Of a DNA stretch of 20,000 nt, positions 9,103 through 16,657 are shown piece after piece (within the stretch, counting starts at the first letter, position 1; the number at the start of each line of letters is the position of its first letter). A program made the position numbers and the translations under genes. This DNA is from an uncultured virus (IMG/VR IMGVR_UViG_3300001765_000140) (taxonomy: Duplodnaviria > Heunggongvirae > Uroviricota > Caudoviricetes): the IMG/VR virus record IMGVR_UViG_3300001765_000140; one strand, 5' to 3'. Below the pieces are notes generated by a model, which saw only the letters and a list, made by a program, of their open reading frames with translations, did no database searches and was not told the DNA's origin.

Positions 9103-9260
9103 TAATATCCTTTTTTACGTAAATAGATCATTCCCTTCCAACATAGCACGATGGCTATGATGCCTAGGGTTAATTTCCAAAACTGTCCAATAAAACATAC
9201 AATTAATAACGCTCCAAGCAGCATGTTATAAGCCTCTTCAATTAAAATTTCTATACCCAT
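9102..9260 (-). CDS. small membrane protein (52 aa)
   Basis: Hand translation: MGIEILIEEAYNMLLGALLIVCFIGQFWKLTLGIIAIVLCWKGMIYLRKKGY. Confidence 0.65.
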   Translation of the reverse strand: MGIEILIEEAYNMLLGALLIVCFIGQFWKLTLGIIAIVLCWKGMIYLRKKGY

Positions 9261-9287
9261 TAGTCTACAAAGTTAGAGTACATTTTG

Positions 9288-9632
9288 TCATCCAATTTCA
9301 AAACTATCANNNNNNNNNNNNNNNNNNNNNNNNNNNNNNNNNNNNNNNNNNCTAGTACACTTCCATCTTTCAGCTACATTGCCCCAATTTGGAAAACTCA
9401 ATTCCATTTCGTTTATGAATGACAGCAGTGTATACATGTAACCCTTAGTCATAACCTGCATTCCTGAATACGGATTGCGAATAGGGAAGTAAGCGTCCGG
9501 ATCAAACCGGAATGCTGTGACAATACAGGTAGCAATAAATTTGATATCTGCATCGGTGAGATTCTTTACACTTTTAGCGCAATATGATTTGAGTAATGCG
9601 TCTCTGATTTCCTGATCTTTTTCATGCTTCAT
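9288..9632 (-). CDS. hypothetical protein; 3' end uncertain (spans the N gap)
   Basis: ORF track; gap at 9310-9351. Confidence 0.6.
   Translation of the reverse strand: MKHEKDQEIRDALLKSYCAKSVKNLTDADIKFIATCIVTAFRFDPDAYFPIRNPYSGMQVMTKGYMYTLLSFINEMELSFPNWGNVAERWKCTXXXXXXXXXXXXXXXDSFEIG
9310..9351. other. assembly gap (42 N)
   Basis: Run of n characters. Confidence 1.
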
Positions 9633-9650
9633 AACTTGGCAATTTTATGG

Positions 9651-9802
9651 ATTAATATTAGTATATTCTATTCTATTCTATTCTATTCTATACGTGTTCC
9701 GAACAGTTCTGAAACCGTTCCCTCGCAAACATACACAGGCTGCTGATGTGCGCAAACCTGTGTACCCTGCTATGTTTTCCGTCACGAGTTAAACACGAGC
9801 TC
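9651..9802 (-). repeat. 152-bp non-coding element, copy A, including (TAGAA)5
   Basis: Reverse complement aligns with 16399-16550; TTCTA x5 at 9666-9690. Confidence 0.85.
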
Positions 9803-9807
9803 CACTT

Positions 9808-10314
9808 TTATTCGTATTCTAGGCGTGAAATTAACCGGATAGGCATTTTAAGATTATTCTCTTTAAACCTATCCTTTACTTCTTCACAAATTGCATTAGC
9901 CTTATTCATTAATAAAACGGTTTCTATATTCCTCTCGTACTCTTTTTTAATGGCTTTAGCGCAATAGATAAGTGTGTCTCCTGAGGCAATGAGATCATCA
10001 ACAAAGACTAGATGCATTTCTTTTGGTACTTTGCAATATTCATAGCGATCAGCATGAACATCCATGCCTGTATGTGTTGTCTCATTTTCTTTTCTTACAT
10101 AGATTACGTGCCAACTCAAGCATCGCTGAGCTAATGCTGTAGCAATACACATACCCGAACTGCCTCTACATACAAGACCTAAGTCTCTGTCTCCTAGCTT
10201 TTCTATGAGCACTTTAGCTACGGCATCAATATTTCTAAAGAACGTAGCCATGTTAGCATACACAGGATATTCAACCGGAGTACCAACATATCTGATAATG
10301 TTTGATTTAAGCAT
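9808..10314 (-). CDS. type I phosphoribosyltransferase-like protein
   Basis: LVCRGSSG, YVRK and PRPP-binding loop VFVDDLIASGDT. Confidence 0.85.
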   Translation of the reverse strand: MLKSNIIRYVGTPVEYPVYANMATFFRNIDAVAKVLIEKLGDRDLGLVCRGSSGMCIATALAQRCLSWHVIYVRKENETTHTGMDVHADRYEYCKVPKEMHLVFVDDLIASGDTLIYCAKAIKKEYERNIETVLLMNKANAICEEVKDRFKENNLKMPIRLISRLEYE

Positions 10315-10316
10315 GG

Positions 10317-10562
10317 TTAAAAATGTATAAAGATTAGTTTTCCAAATGACTTTATATCTACTTCTACATAGGTAATGTCTTTTCTTTCCATTTCCTTTTT
10401 AAACTCCTCCTTACTTATGGTAAAGAGAAATGCGTTTCCATTTTTGTCGTAAAGATAGGGACATAATGCATGTCCTGTTACTTTAAGCAAATCAGATACT
10501 TTCACTGTGCCTGTGTTATGCTCTGTTAATCCTACTTTTTCCCTTAGCTGTGTAATTGTCAT
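10317..10562 (-). CDS. hypothetical protein
   Basis: 81-aa ORF in operon. Confidence 0.7.
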   Translation of the reverse strand: MTITQLREKVGLTEHNTGTVKVSDLLKVTGHALCPYLYDKNGNAFLFTISKEEFKKEMERKDITYVEVDIKSFGKLIFIHF

Positions 10563-10643
10563 ATTAAAATCCTCCTGTAAATATTATTTCGATTGTATCA
10601 TTTTTATCATTATCCTCTGCTTCAAATGTTACACCTGATGCAA

Positions 10644-10859
10644 TTAGTTGGTTATTAACATGTAAAATTCATCATCAACCCTTGTTTGAAAGAACTCGTT
10701 AACCTCTCTGAGTGTTTCCATCTTCATTTTTGCCCTTGCCATGCGATTTAAGCCACGATCTACTTTATCGCGTCCCTTTTTAGCTACGTCATTACAACAG
10801 TTGCATTTAATGCCACCAATACCAATTTTGTTGTGCTGTGCTTTTTTAAATAAGTCCAT
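10644..10859 (-). CDS. hypothetical protein (GGIKCNCC motif); possibly extends by frameshift to 10564
   Basis: 71-aa ORF; the -1 frame continues LIASGVTFEA...IIFTGGF. Confidence 0.7.
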   Translation of the reverse strand: MDLFKKAQHNKIGIGGIKCNCCNDVAKKGRDKVDRGLNRMARAKMKMETLREVNEFFQTRVDDEFYMLITN

Positions 10860-10884
10860 TTTAGTATAGTTTTAAATTAGTGTG

Positions 10885-10957
10885 TGATCAGGACGGGACT
10901 CGAACCCATATCTGCCGACTCCAAGAGGCGGTTGCTCAGCCATTAAGCCACCTGATC
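10885..10957 (-). tRNA. tRNA-like gene with a non-canonical anticodon arm (identity undetermined)
   Basis: Acceptor GATCAGG/CCTGATC plus A73; D-arm GCTT-AATGGCT-GAGC; T-arm ATGGG-TTCGAGT-CCCGT; anticodon arm CCGCC-TCTTGGA-GTCGG is mismatched. Confidence 0.8.
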
Positions 10958-10958
10958 T

Positions 10959-11107
10959 GCAGCAAACTATCATCGTTTAGAGTCTCATGCATTTGCAATT
11001 TGTCGATTCGGATGATAATTTACTGCTTGTTTATATCTGCATTTCACAGCCTTGTGCGCCCCTCCGCATTGCGTCCCTGTTTCGTAATATCCAAACAGCG
11101 ATATAAA
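10959..11107 (-). ncRNA. candidate structured RNA directly 5' of the tRNA-like gene
   Basis: 16-bp stem (10959-10974/11011-11026) with G-U pairs only on the minus strand; 8-bp closed multiloop at 11030-11107. Confidence 0.45.
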
Positions 11108-11222
11108 TCTTAGTCCTTTAATTTTATTTGTGTCGAGGACGATATCATGTTCTGAGTTAAATGCTTATGTTACCAAAGTTTTTTCATAGCCTCATTATGT
11201 GTTGGTTAAACAATCGGGTTAA

Positions 11223-11624
11223 TTATTTGCTTAATAGCGGGCTAGTGTATGCAGGCACTGTGCGATTCTTGCACTTAACAGTGACGTTAGCTTCACTACC
11301 GCCTGCACGCTGCAGTTCAGTGAATGAATACCAAACCCCGCCCTGCTTAATACCTGCAATGCCGTCGATAGGAATTGCTTTGTGACCTGCGCCTGCCTCA
11401 TATACAGAGAGCAGACCCTTCTTTTTAAAGCTATAAGCAGCACCTGTGCCTGTTAATCCTTTGCGAACTCCGCACTGACATACCATTGTGCGCATTGTGC
11501 CATCAGTACGCTTCCGGAAGTCTACCCTGAATAACTGACCGTTTGTTCTAACGGTTTCGAGCACATCCATTGCCTGTAAAAAGTTAACATTCACTAACTT
11601 GGTAATCTTTTTTCCGTAATTCAT
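11223..11624 (-). CDS. WYL_2/Sm-like SH3 beta-barrel phage protein
   Basis: FRVDFRKRTDGTMRTM...LSVYE...GHKAI pattern. Confidence 0.6.
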   Translation of the reverse strand: MNYGKKITKLVNVNFLQAMDVLETVRTNGQLFRVDFRKRTDGTMRTMVCQCGVRKGLTGTGAAYSFKKKGLLSVYEAGAGHKAIPIDGIAGIKQGGVWYSFTELQRAGGSEANVTVKCKNRTVPAYTSPLLSK

Positions 11625-11770
11625 AATAGTGTAATTAAAATTGTGTAACTGAATAAGTAAATTTAACGATCTCGATCACTGCCCACCATCCCAATATAGA
11701 GACGATCACAGCTATAAGCAAACCCCAACATAATTTGCGGGGCTGCTTACGATTGGCATTGGTAATGTCA

Positions 11771-11998
11771 CTAGTTGTCACTTTTAGCAAATATTTTAAG
11801 TATAAAATTGAATCCCTTGCCTAAAGCCCAAGCAATAAAGAACATACCTGCAATTGCGGGTATCATCACAATGCCTGTGGGCACTTGCAGAACTATCATC
11901 GCTGCTCCGTATATCAGAGCCATGAGAAAGATGATAAAGAGCACAACCATGAAAGCATAGCCGGAGTAAATCACGAAGTTGTTAATAAATTTTTCCAT
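11771..11998 (-). CDS. small membrane protein (2 TM)
   Basis: 75 aa with long hydrophobic stretches. Confidence 0.7.
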   Translation of the reverse strand: MEKFINNFVIYSGYAFMVVLFIIFLMALIYGAAMIVLQVPTGIVMIPAIAGMFFIAWALGKGFNFILKIFAKSDN

Positions 11999-12287
11999 AA
12001 TTTGATTTGTGGTAAGTTACTATAAATGATACGTCTTTATTATATACATCTACCCATGAATGACCGTCTCTTGTATGTAGAGTAGCCGACATTTCAGGAA
12101 ATGTTTTCTTAAACCAATGCTCAATTACAGGTAAATTTTTGATAGCTGTTTGATAGCGTCTATAGTTGGACTTACTACAGCCATTGCTTACCTTTGCGAT
12201 GATCTTTAATTCAAGTTTAATCCTCTTGTTTATCGCAGTGGCTAATTTATAGGCACTTCTGCTATTCATAATTTTTTTCTTTTTCAT
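11982..12287 (-). CDS. hypothetical basic protein
   Basis: 101-aa ORF in operon. Confidence 0.7.
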   Translation of the reverse strand: MKKKKIMNSRSAYKLATAINKRIKLELKIIAKVSNGCSKSNYRRYQTAIKNLPVIEHWFKKTFPEMSATLHTRDGHSWVDVYNKDVSFIVTYHKSNYGKIY

Positions 12288-12298
12288 TTAGCTTATGA

Positions 12299-12670
12299 TT
12301 AAGTGATATTTAAAAATTCGTTCTCTGATATTTGTATGATTTCAAAGGCTGCTTCGATTTGCTTCCTTGTTTTGTCATGATCATGAATATGTCCACCCCA
12401 ACTATTCATTTCCCAATTCCACCGCTCAACCTTTAACCCTGTCGTGCCGTCGCTGTATTTTATTTGCTGTGTTCTGTATACGCTCACCGGAGTTGTCGAT
12501 GGCTTAACGTAATATTTCACGCTAGGTTTAAATTCTTCAACGGGCTTGCACTCTTCAAATGCTCCGCATACCGGACAAACTTGCTCATCTGATCTGATAT
12601 CAAATTTATACCTCAGATCATCCTCAGTGCCATGCCAACCGCATTCGCACTCAAATTTTTGTTTACTCAT
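12299..12670 (-). CDS. Zn-ribbon-containing hypothetical protein
   Basis: CECGWHG...CPVCG. Confidence 0.75.
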   Translation of the reverse strand: MSKQKFECECGWHGTEDDLRYKFDIRSDEQVCPVCGAFEECKPVEEFKPSVKYYVKPSTTPVSVYRTQQIKYSDGTTGLKVERWNWEMNSWGGHIHDHDKTRKQIEAAFEIIQISENEFLNIT

Positions 12671-12675
12671 TGTCT

Positions 12676-12846
12676 TTAATAATTAACTTTTTTAACATCA
12701 CCAATATTATCGTTAGGTTTCAATCTCTTAGCTATGCTTATTGCATCGATCTCGCTTGTTGCAGAAACCAATATTGTCCGATGACAAAACCCTTTTGCCT
12801 TAGGGAAGCATGGCAGTGCTATTAAATAATTACTTTTATTACTCAT
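12676..12846 (-). CDS. hypothetical protein (56 aa)
   Basis: Hand translation MSNKSNYLIALPCFPKAKGFCHRTILVSATSEIDAISIAKRLKPNDNIGDVKKVNY; fills the gap between neighbours. Confidence 0.7.
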   Translation of the reverse strand: MSNKSNYLIALPCFPKAKGFCHRTILVSATSEIDAISIAKRLKPNDNIGDVKKVNY

Positions 12847-13138
12847 TATTTTCTTTTTTAGCTTGTTTATAACCTTTATTTATTGCTCTCCTTACCCATG
12901 ATAATACGGCAGTCACATCATCCTTTGCTGATAATAGGGTGATATCTTTTATCAGTTTTGGCGAAATACCATTGTATTCCCAATAGACAATTTTGATTCT
13001 TGTTTTTTTCAGTTCAATATACATAAATTCATATGCTGATTCCCATGTGCTATCGGGCTCAATTGCTTGAATTTCATCATGCATTGCCTGTTTAATCAGC
13101 GCATCAATTGCGCATACTCTGCTTAATATTGTTGCCAT
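12839..13138 (-). CDS. hypothetical protein
   Basis: 99-aa ORF in operon. Confidence 0.75.
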   Translation of the reverse strand: MATILSRVCAIDALIKQAMHDEIQAIEPDSTWESAYEFMYIELKKTRIKIVYWEYNGISPKLIKDITLLSAKDDVTAVLSWVRRAINKGYKQAKKENNE

Positions 13139-13150
13139 TAGATGATAGTT

Positions 13151-13336
13151 TTATTTACTTATTTCAATTGCTGTGATTACTTTGAACATGCCTTTATAAA
13201 CCGCTTTTACGCATTCAAATGTATGCATTGCTTCGGCTTCATTATTGGCATTGATTTTATACTTCAATACAGTGATGTCAGCGGGAAGAATTTTACTGAA
13301 ACATGTATAATAATACAACACTATATATTTTTTCAT
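13151..13336 (-). CDS. hypothetical protein
   Basis: 61-aa ORF in operon. Confidence 0.65.
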   Translation of the reverse strand: MKKYIVLYYYTCFSKILPADITVLKYKINANNEAEAMHTFECVKAVYKGMFKVITAIEISK

Positions 13337-13338
13337 GG

Positions 13339-13479
13339 CTATGCTATTTTTAAAACATCTTTGTTATCAATTAACATGCCTGCACAAACGCCGTTTAATA
13401 CCCTTACAAATTTCGGGTAGATAATTGCGCTAGCTTCGAGGACTCTTGATCTGTAGGTAAAAATAACTTTAGTTTTCAT
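13339..13479 (-). CDS. hypothetical protein (46 aa)
   Basis: Hand translation MKTKVIFTYRSRVLEASAIIYPKFVRVLNGVCAGMLIDNKDVLKIA. Confidence 0.6.
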   Translation of the reverse strand: MKTKVIFTYRSRVLEASAIIYPKFVRVLNGVCAGMLIDNKDVLKIA

Positions 13480-13517
13480 TTTCGTGTATATTAATTTGTT
13501 TAAACTCTGCTATAAAA

Positions 13518-13603
13518 CGGCGCAGCAGGTTACATGTGACGTTTTCGCCTGCTGCTCCGGTGTGCTTTTGCTGCCTGTTACGTATGTTGTTTTCACAGGC
13601 TGC
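13518..13603 (-). repeat. tandem hairpins with a shared 18-nt loop
   Basis: GCCTG-TGAAAACAACATACGTAA-CAGGC and GCAGCAGG-CGAAAACGTCACATGTAA-CCTGCTGC. Confidence 0.75.
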
Positions 13604-13610
13604 TTTTTTT

Positions 13611-14225
13611 TTAATGCATTTCACAGAAAATAACTGTGTTTTTAACATGCTGACAAAGATCGCATTTCTTGCAGTCGCCGCAGCAAACCGCTGCTTTTTT
13701 GCCTGTTGCAAGTCTGTACTCAATTGCTGCCTGCTTTGCGTTTTTAATGCCTATGAACTGTGCTGAAATACCTTTGCTTTCGAAGCCTGATGCATTGACC
13801 TGTAAGTATAGGCAATTTGAGAAGTCTAAATCTTTGCGGGCTGTGTACACATAGCACACTATATCGCTTTGCTGTAGCATTTTAGCAATATCTTCCATTT
13901 TATCAACACAATCCTGACTATGAAAATCGCCTGACTCATTGAATCTTAGCGCATTGATTTTGTTTTTACGCTTTGCATTCATAGTTATGATTTCACTTGC
14001 AAACTGCACACTATTTGTGTTGAGCCAATAATTCATTTGCTGCTGTCTGTATGGTAAACATGCAGGGTAAAGTCTTTCTGCTTTTTTTGCATAGCACACG
14101 CCGCAAAGAGCGCATAAACCAAGCTTCTCCGACGGACAGACTGCAGCCGGACTGAGGTTAAAAATTGCGGTAGTTTTTGGAAGTTTTCTATTGCCAAAGC
14201 TAAGTAGTTCAGATAAGTTTTTCAT
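13611..14225 (-). CDS. GP88-family (radical-SAM-like, Cys-rich) phage protein
   Basis: GNRKL..FNL..CP...C..CYA, RFNESGDF, YVYT and CCGDCKKCDLC; probable start MKNLSE at 14225. Confidence 0.75.
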   Translation of the reverse strand: MKNLSELLSFGNRKLPKTTAIFNLSPAAVCPSEKLGLCALCGVCYAKKAERLYPACLPYRQQQMNYWLNTNSVQFASEIITMNAKRKNKINALRFNESGDFHSQDCVDKMEDIAKMLQQSDIVCYVYTARKDLDFSNCLYLQVNASGFESKGISAQFIGIKNAKQAAIEYRLATGKKAAVCCGDCKKCDLCQHVKNTVIFCEMH

Positions 14226-14258
14226 TGCTGTAAATTTTAGATTGTTTGTGTTAGTTGC

Positions 14259-14690
14259 ATCACTCGCAGGTAACGATCCTGGTTTCATTTGCCATCATTC
14301 GAGTGATATTTTTCCTTTGCTTTTAAAACGCATGATTCGGCTTTAATCCGTAGAATCGCAGACAAGCAACCCACCTTTGCTTCTGTTTTACACCCCGTAG
14401 CTATGTATTTGCTTTGCTTTGGCGTGGACGATCTTATGACCGACAATTTGAGGAGTTATTCACTTTGACTTTTCGTGTCCTCTGACGTATTGCTGCTTTA
14501 CTTGCAGCGGGCAATTTTGTTTTTCATTTTCAGGTTTGAAACTGAAACACTGAAGTTTTTATTTGATATCAGGTAAACTTTTAACTGATAACTGAATCGT
14601 GTCACACTGTGTGCAGGCTTGCACTCGGATTGTGTGTGCTCATTCGAGCAGGTGATTCAGTGTTTGAAAGAACGCGTCAATTTGTGGTTG
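14259..14690 (-). ncRNA. candidate large structured RNA or leader ending in a tRNA-like minihelix
   Basis: No credible ORF; many nested stems; promoter-like site directly upstream. Confidence 0.45.
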
Positions 14691-14696
14691 ACTCTG

Positions 14697-14729
14697 CAAT
14701 GATACAACATTCGAATAGCGGTTTGCAAG
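14697..14729 (-). promoter_or_regulatory. probable leftward early promoter (near-consensus)
   Basis: CTTG-N21-TATCATTG, one mismatch in each box. Confidence 0.5.
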
Positions 14730-15191
14730 CCGGAACAATGGGCATTTGCGCTGTTTTGGGTGAAATAATATGTATTGAAACCGCGTGCTCGCATTTCCAG
14801 GCAGGATGGGCGTTTGGAGCAGTTTTGACAGGCTGAAAAACGGCACAATTTGCAGGAAAAAATCACAGGATTTAAGAAAATCGTTATTTAGAATCAGTCT
14901 AAGCGGAGAATGGCACAGGATGCAGTGATCAGAAATAAAATAAAATGAAAATAATTGGAATTAATTGTATTAGTGATATCAAAGCGCTTGAATAGGTGTT
15001 CAGGCAATAACATCGATAGTAACCCGCGGGATGTACTTAGCGCCAGGGCGCGCGTTTAATTATTACGCGGTTGTATAATATGCGCATGTGCTCGCGTATA
15101 AGACAAACCCGCGAAGCATACAGCAAAACAACATGCAGTAAAAGCGCGCAAAACGGCATATAATGCAGACTTGAGCACAGTAAACAGCATG

Positions 15192-15569
15192 AACTAAGTA
15201 AATAGTTTGAACTAAGTGCATAGTTGATTAAACAAATAGCTGAAAAACGGCGGACAACACACGTACATGCGAGCGCATAATGCATGCACATGACATGCAT
15301 ACACACGTACATGACAACATGACATGATACGCAAACGCTGATGCAGTGCAGTGATGCGGATAACTATGAGTTTAGTTGATTACATTGTGAATGTTGGAGC
15401 ACAGCAGCGCGCGACATGCATACATGCGCCAAACATGCGTGCATAATGCGCACATACACGAGCAATTCCGGTAATCGTGAACTACGTTTGTAGTTTTGTG
15501 ACTAGATTCATAGTTGAACGTCGCAAACGTCGACTGCATGCGAGCTTGCGCTGAACTAAGACATTAGTT
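15192..15569. repeat. six palindromic AACTA-N6-TAGTT sites
   Basis: Starts at 15192, 15210, 15362, 15480, 15500 (GACTA variant) and 15554. Confidence 0.85.
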
Positions 15570-15962
15570 GTGTCAGTGTGGAAAAGGATTCGCGGAATTC
15601 ACACCCCCCCGATGCGGGAAAGTGATTTCTGTTCGGAGAGTGATGCCCGTCCCTGTGGCGCGAAAGCACCAAATATCTTCACGCGTGCGGAATTCATAAT
15701 GTAAACTACAATTTACAAATTACATACTTTTTGTAAATTATACCTGATCGCATATAGCTAGGCTGAAAAACGGCATATTATACGCAATCGGGTATAATGT
15801 GTTCAATTATCCTGGGTGTTCACGTAACGTGAAAATTGGCAGGAGTTGAACAAGATGAAAACCTGGGCGACATATAATATACGTTACCGATTTTATATAT
15901 AAGGGGTCGATTTTGCTTTGTTGGTTGATATTGTGGCACTTATATATTGTTTGGAATGTCAA

Positions 15963-16028
15963 CTAGTCTAATACCACTGGTCTACAAGACTAATACCACT
16001 GGTCTTCTAGTCTAATACCACTGGTCTA
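15963..16028. repeat. 3 x 22-bp tandem direct repeat (iteron-like)
   Basis: ctagtctaataccactggtcta / caagactaataccactggtctt / ctagtctaataccactggtcta. Confidence 0.95.
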
Positions 16029-16398
16029 GTGAAAAAAACTTTTACTTCAACACTTTTTTTCGTGCCAAACTTTCATTTTGTCGTATGATTTTTATCATGT
16101 TTGTGCATTTTGTTGATGTAAGGCGCACTACTAGCCATTATCCCAGCTTTAAGTAAAGGCATTAAAAACTGCAAAAGTTAATGTTTGCTGCGAATTCGAC
16201 ATCAAATTGTCGCTATGTCCAATGTTTGCCGTTTTTCGGACATAAGCCGGAAACGTGTATAGAAAAGTGCCGTTTTCTATCCATATCTGTCAGCAATTTA
16301 TACTATATTCCTGACAAATGAAGCGCTTTGATCGCACTAATCATGAAACATAACTAAAATCTTAGTTATAGCCCCATATATATATAGGAGTAAAACAC

Positions 16399-16550
16399 GA
16401 GCTCGTGACTTTCTCGTGTTTCGGGGGAGTATGTAGACAGAGCTTTCCGCAAATCGTTATACAGCCTACATCTCCGAGGGAACGGTTCGCGAACTGTTTG
16501 GAACACCTATAGAATATACTAGAATAGACTAGAATAGAATAAGAATTAAT
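16399..16550 (+). repeat. 152-bp non-coding element, copy B
   Basis: gagctcgtg...cgagggaacggttcgcgaactgtttggaacacctatagaat...(tagaa)n attaat; homologous to the reverse complement of 9651-9802. Confidence 0.85.
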
Positions 16551-16588
16551 GTCGGATTTAAGTGCCAATTTAATCAGATCGTGAATAA

Positions 16589-16657
16589 TACTTACTTTGC
16601 ATGAAAATCATTTAAAACAACCTGCTTTGCATGAAAAGTACTTACTTTGCATAAAAA
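16589..16657. repeat. 3 x CTTTGCATRAAAA direct repeat
   Basis: Copies at about 16595, 16625 and 16645; two extend to TACTTACTTTGCAT. Confidence 0.8.

Noticed and set aside
9651..9802. Retron msr-msd or DGR template for the twin element
   Set aside because: No reverse transcriptase in the window, differences between copies are not adenine-specific, and neither copy is in an ORF
10959..11107. SAM-I riboswitch or hammerhead ribozyme
   Set aside because: Only a P1-like stem is present; the SAM-I core and the CUGANGA hammerhead core are absent
499..13854. Plus-strand ORFs in the left arm and nested minus ORFs (2626, 4542, 6540, 11231, 13469)
   Set aside because: Shadow frames overlapping better-supported genes or hairpins
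15963..16028. Mini CRISPR array
   Set aside because: Repeats are contiguous 22-mers with no unique spacers
14609..16568. ORFs at 14609, 14640, 14657, 15037 and 16362
   Set aside because: Low-complexity, unprotein-like translations lying in repeat or structured DNA
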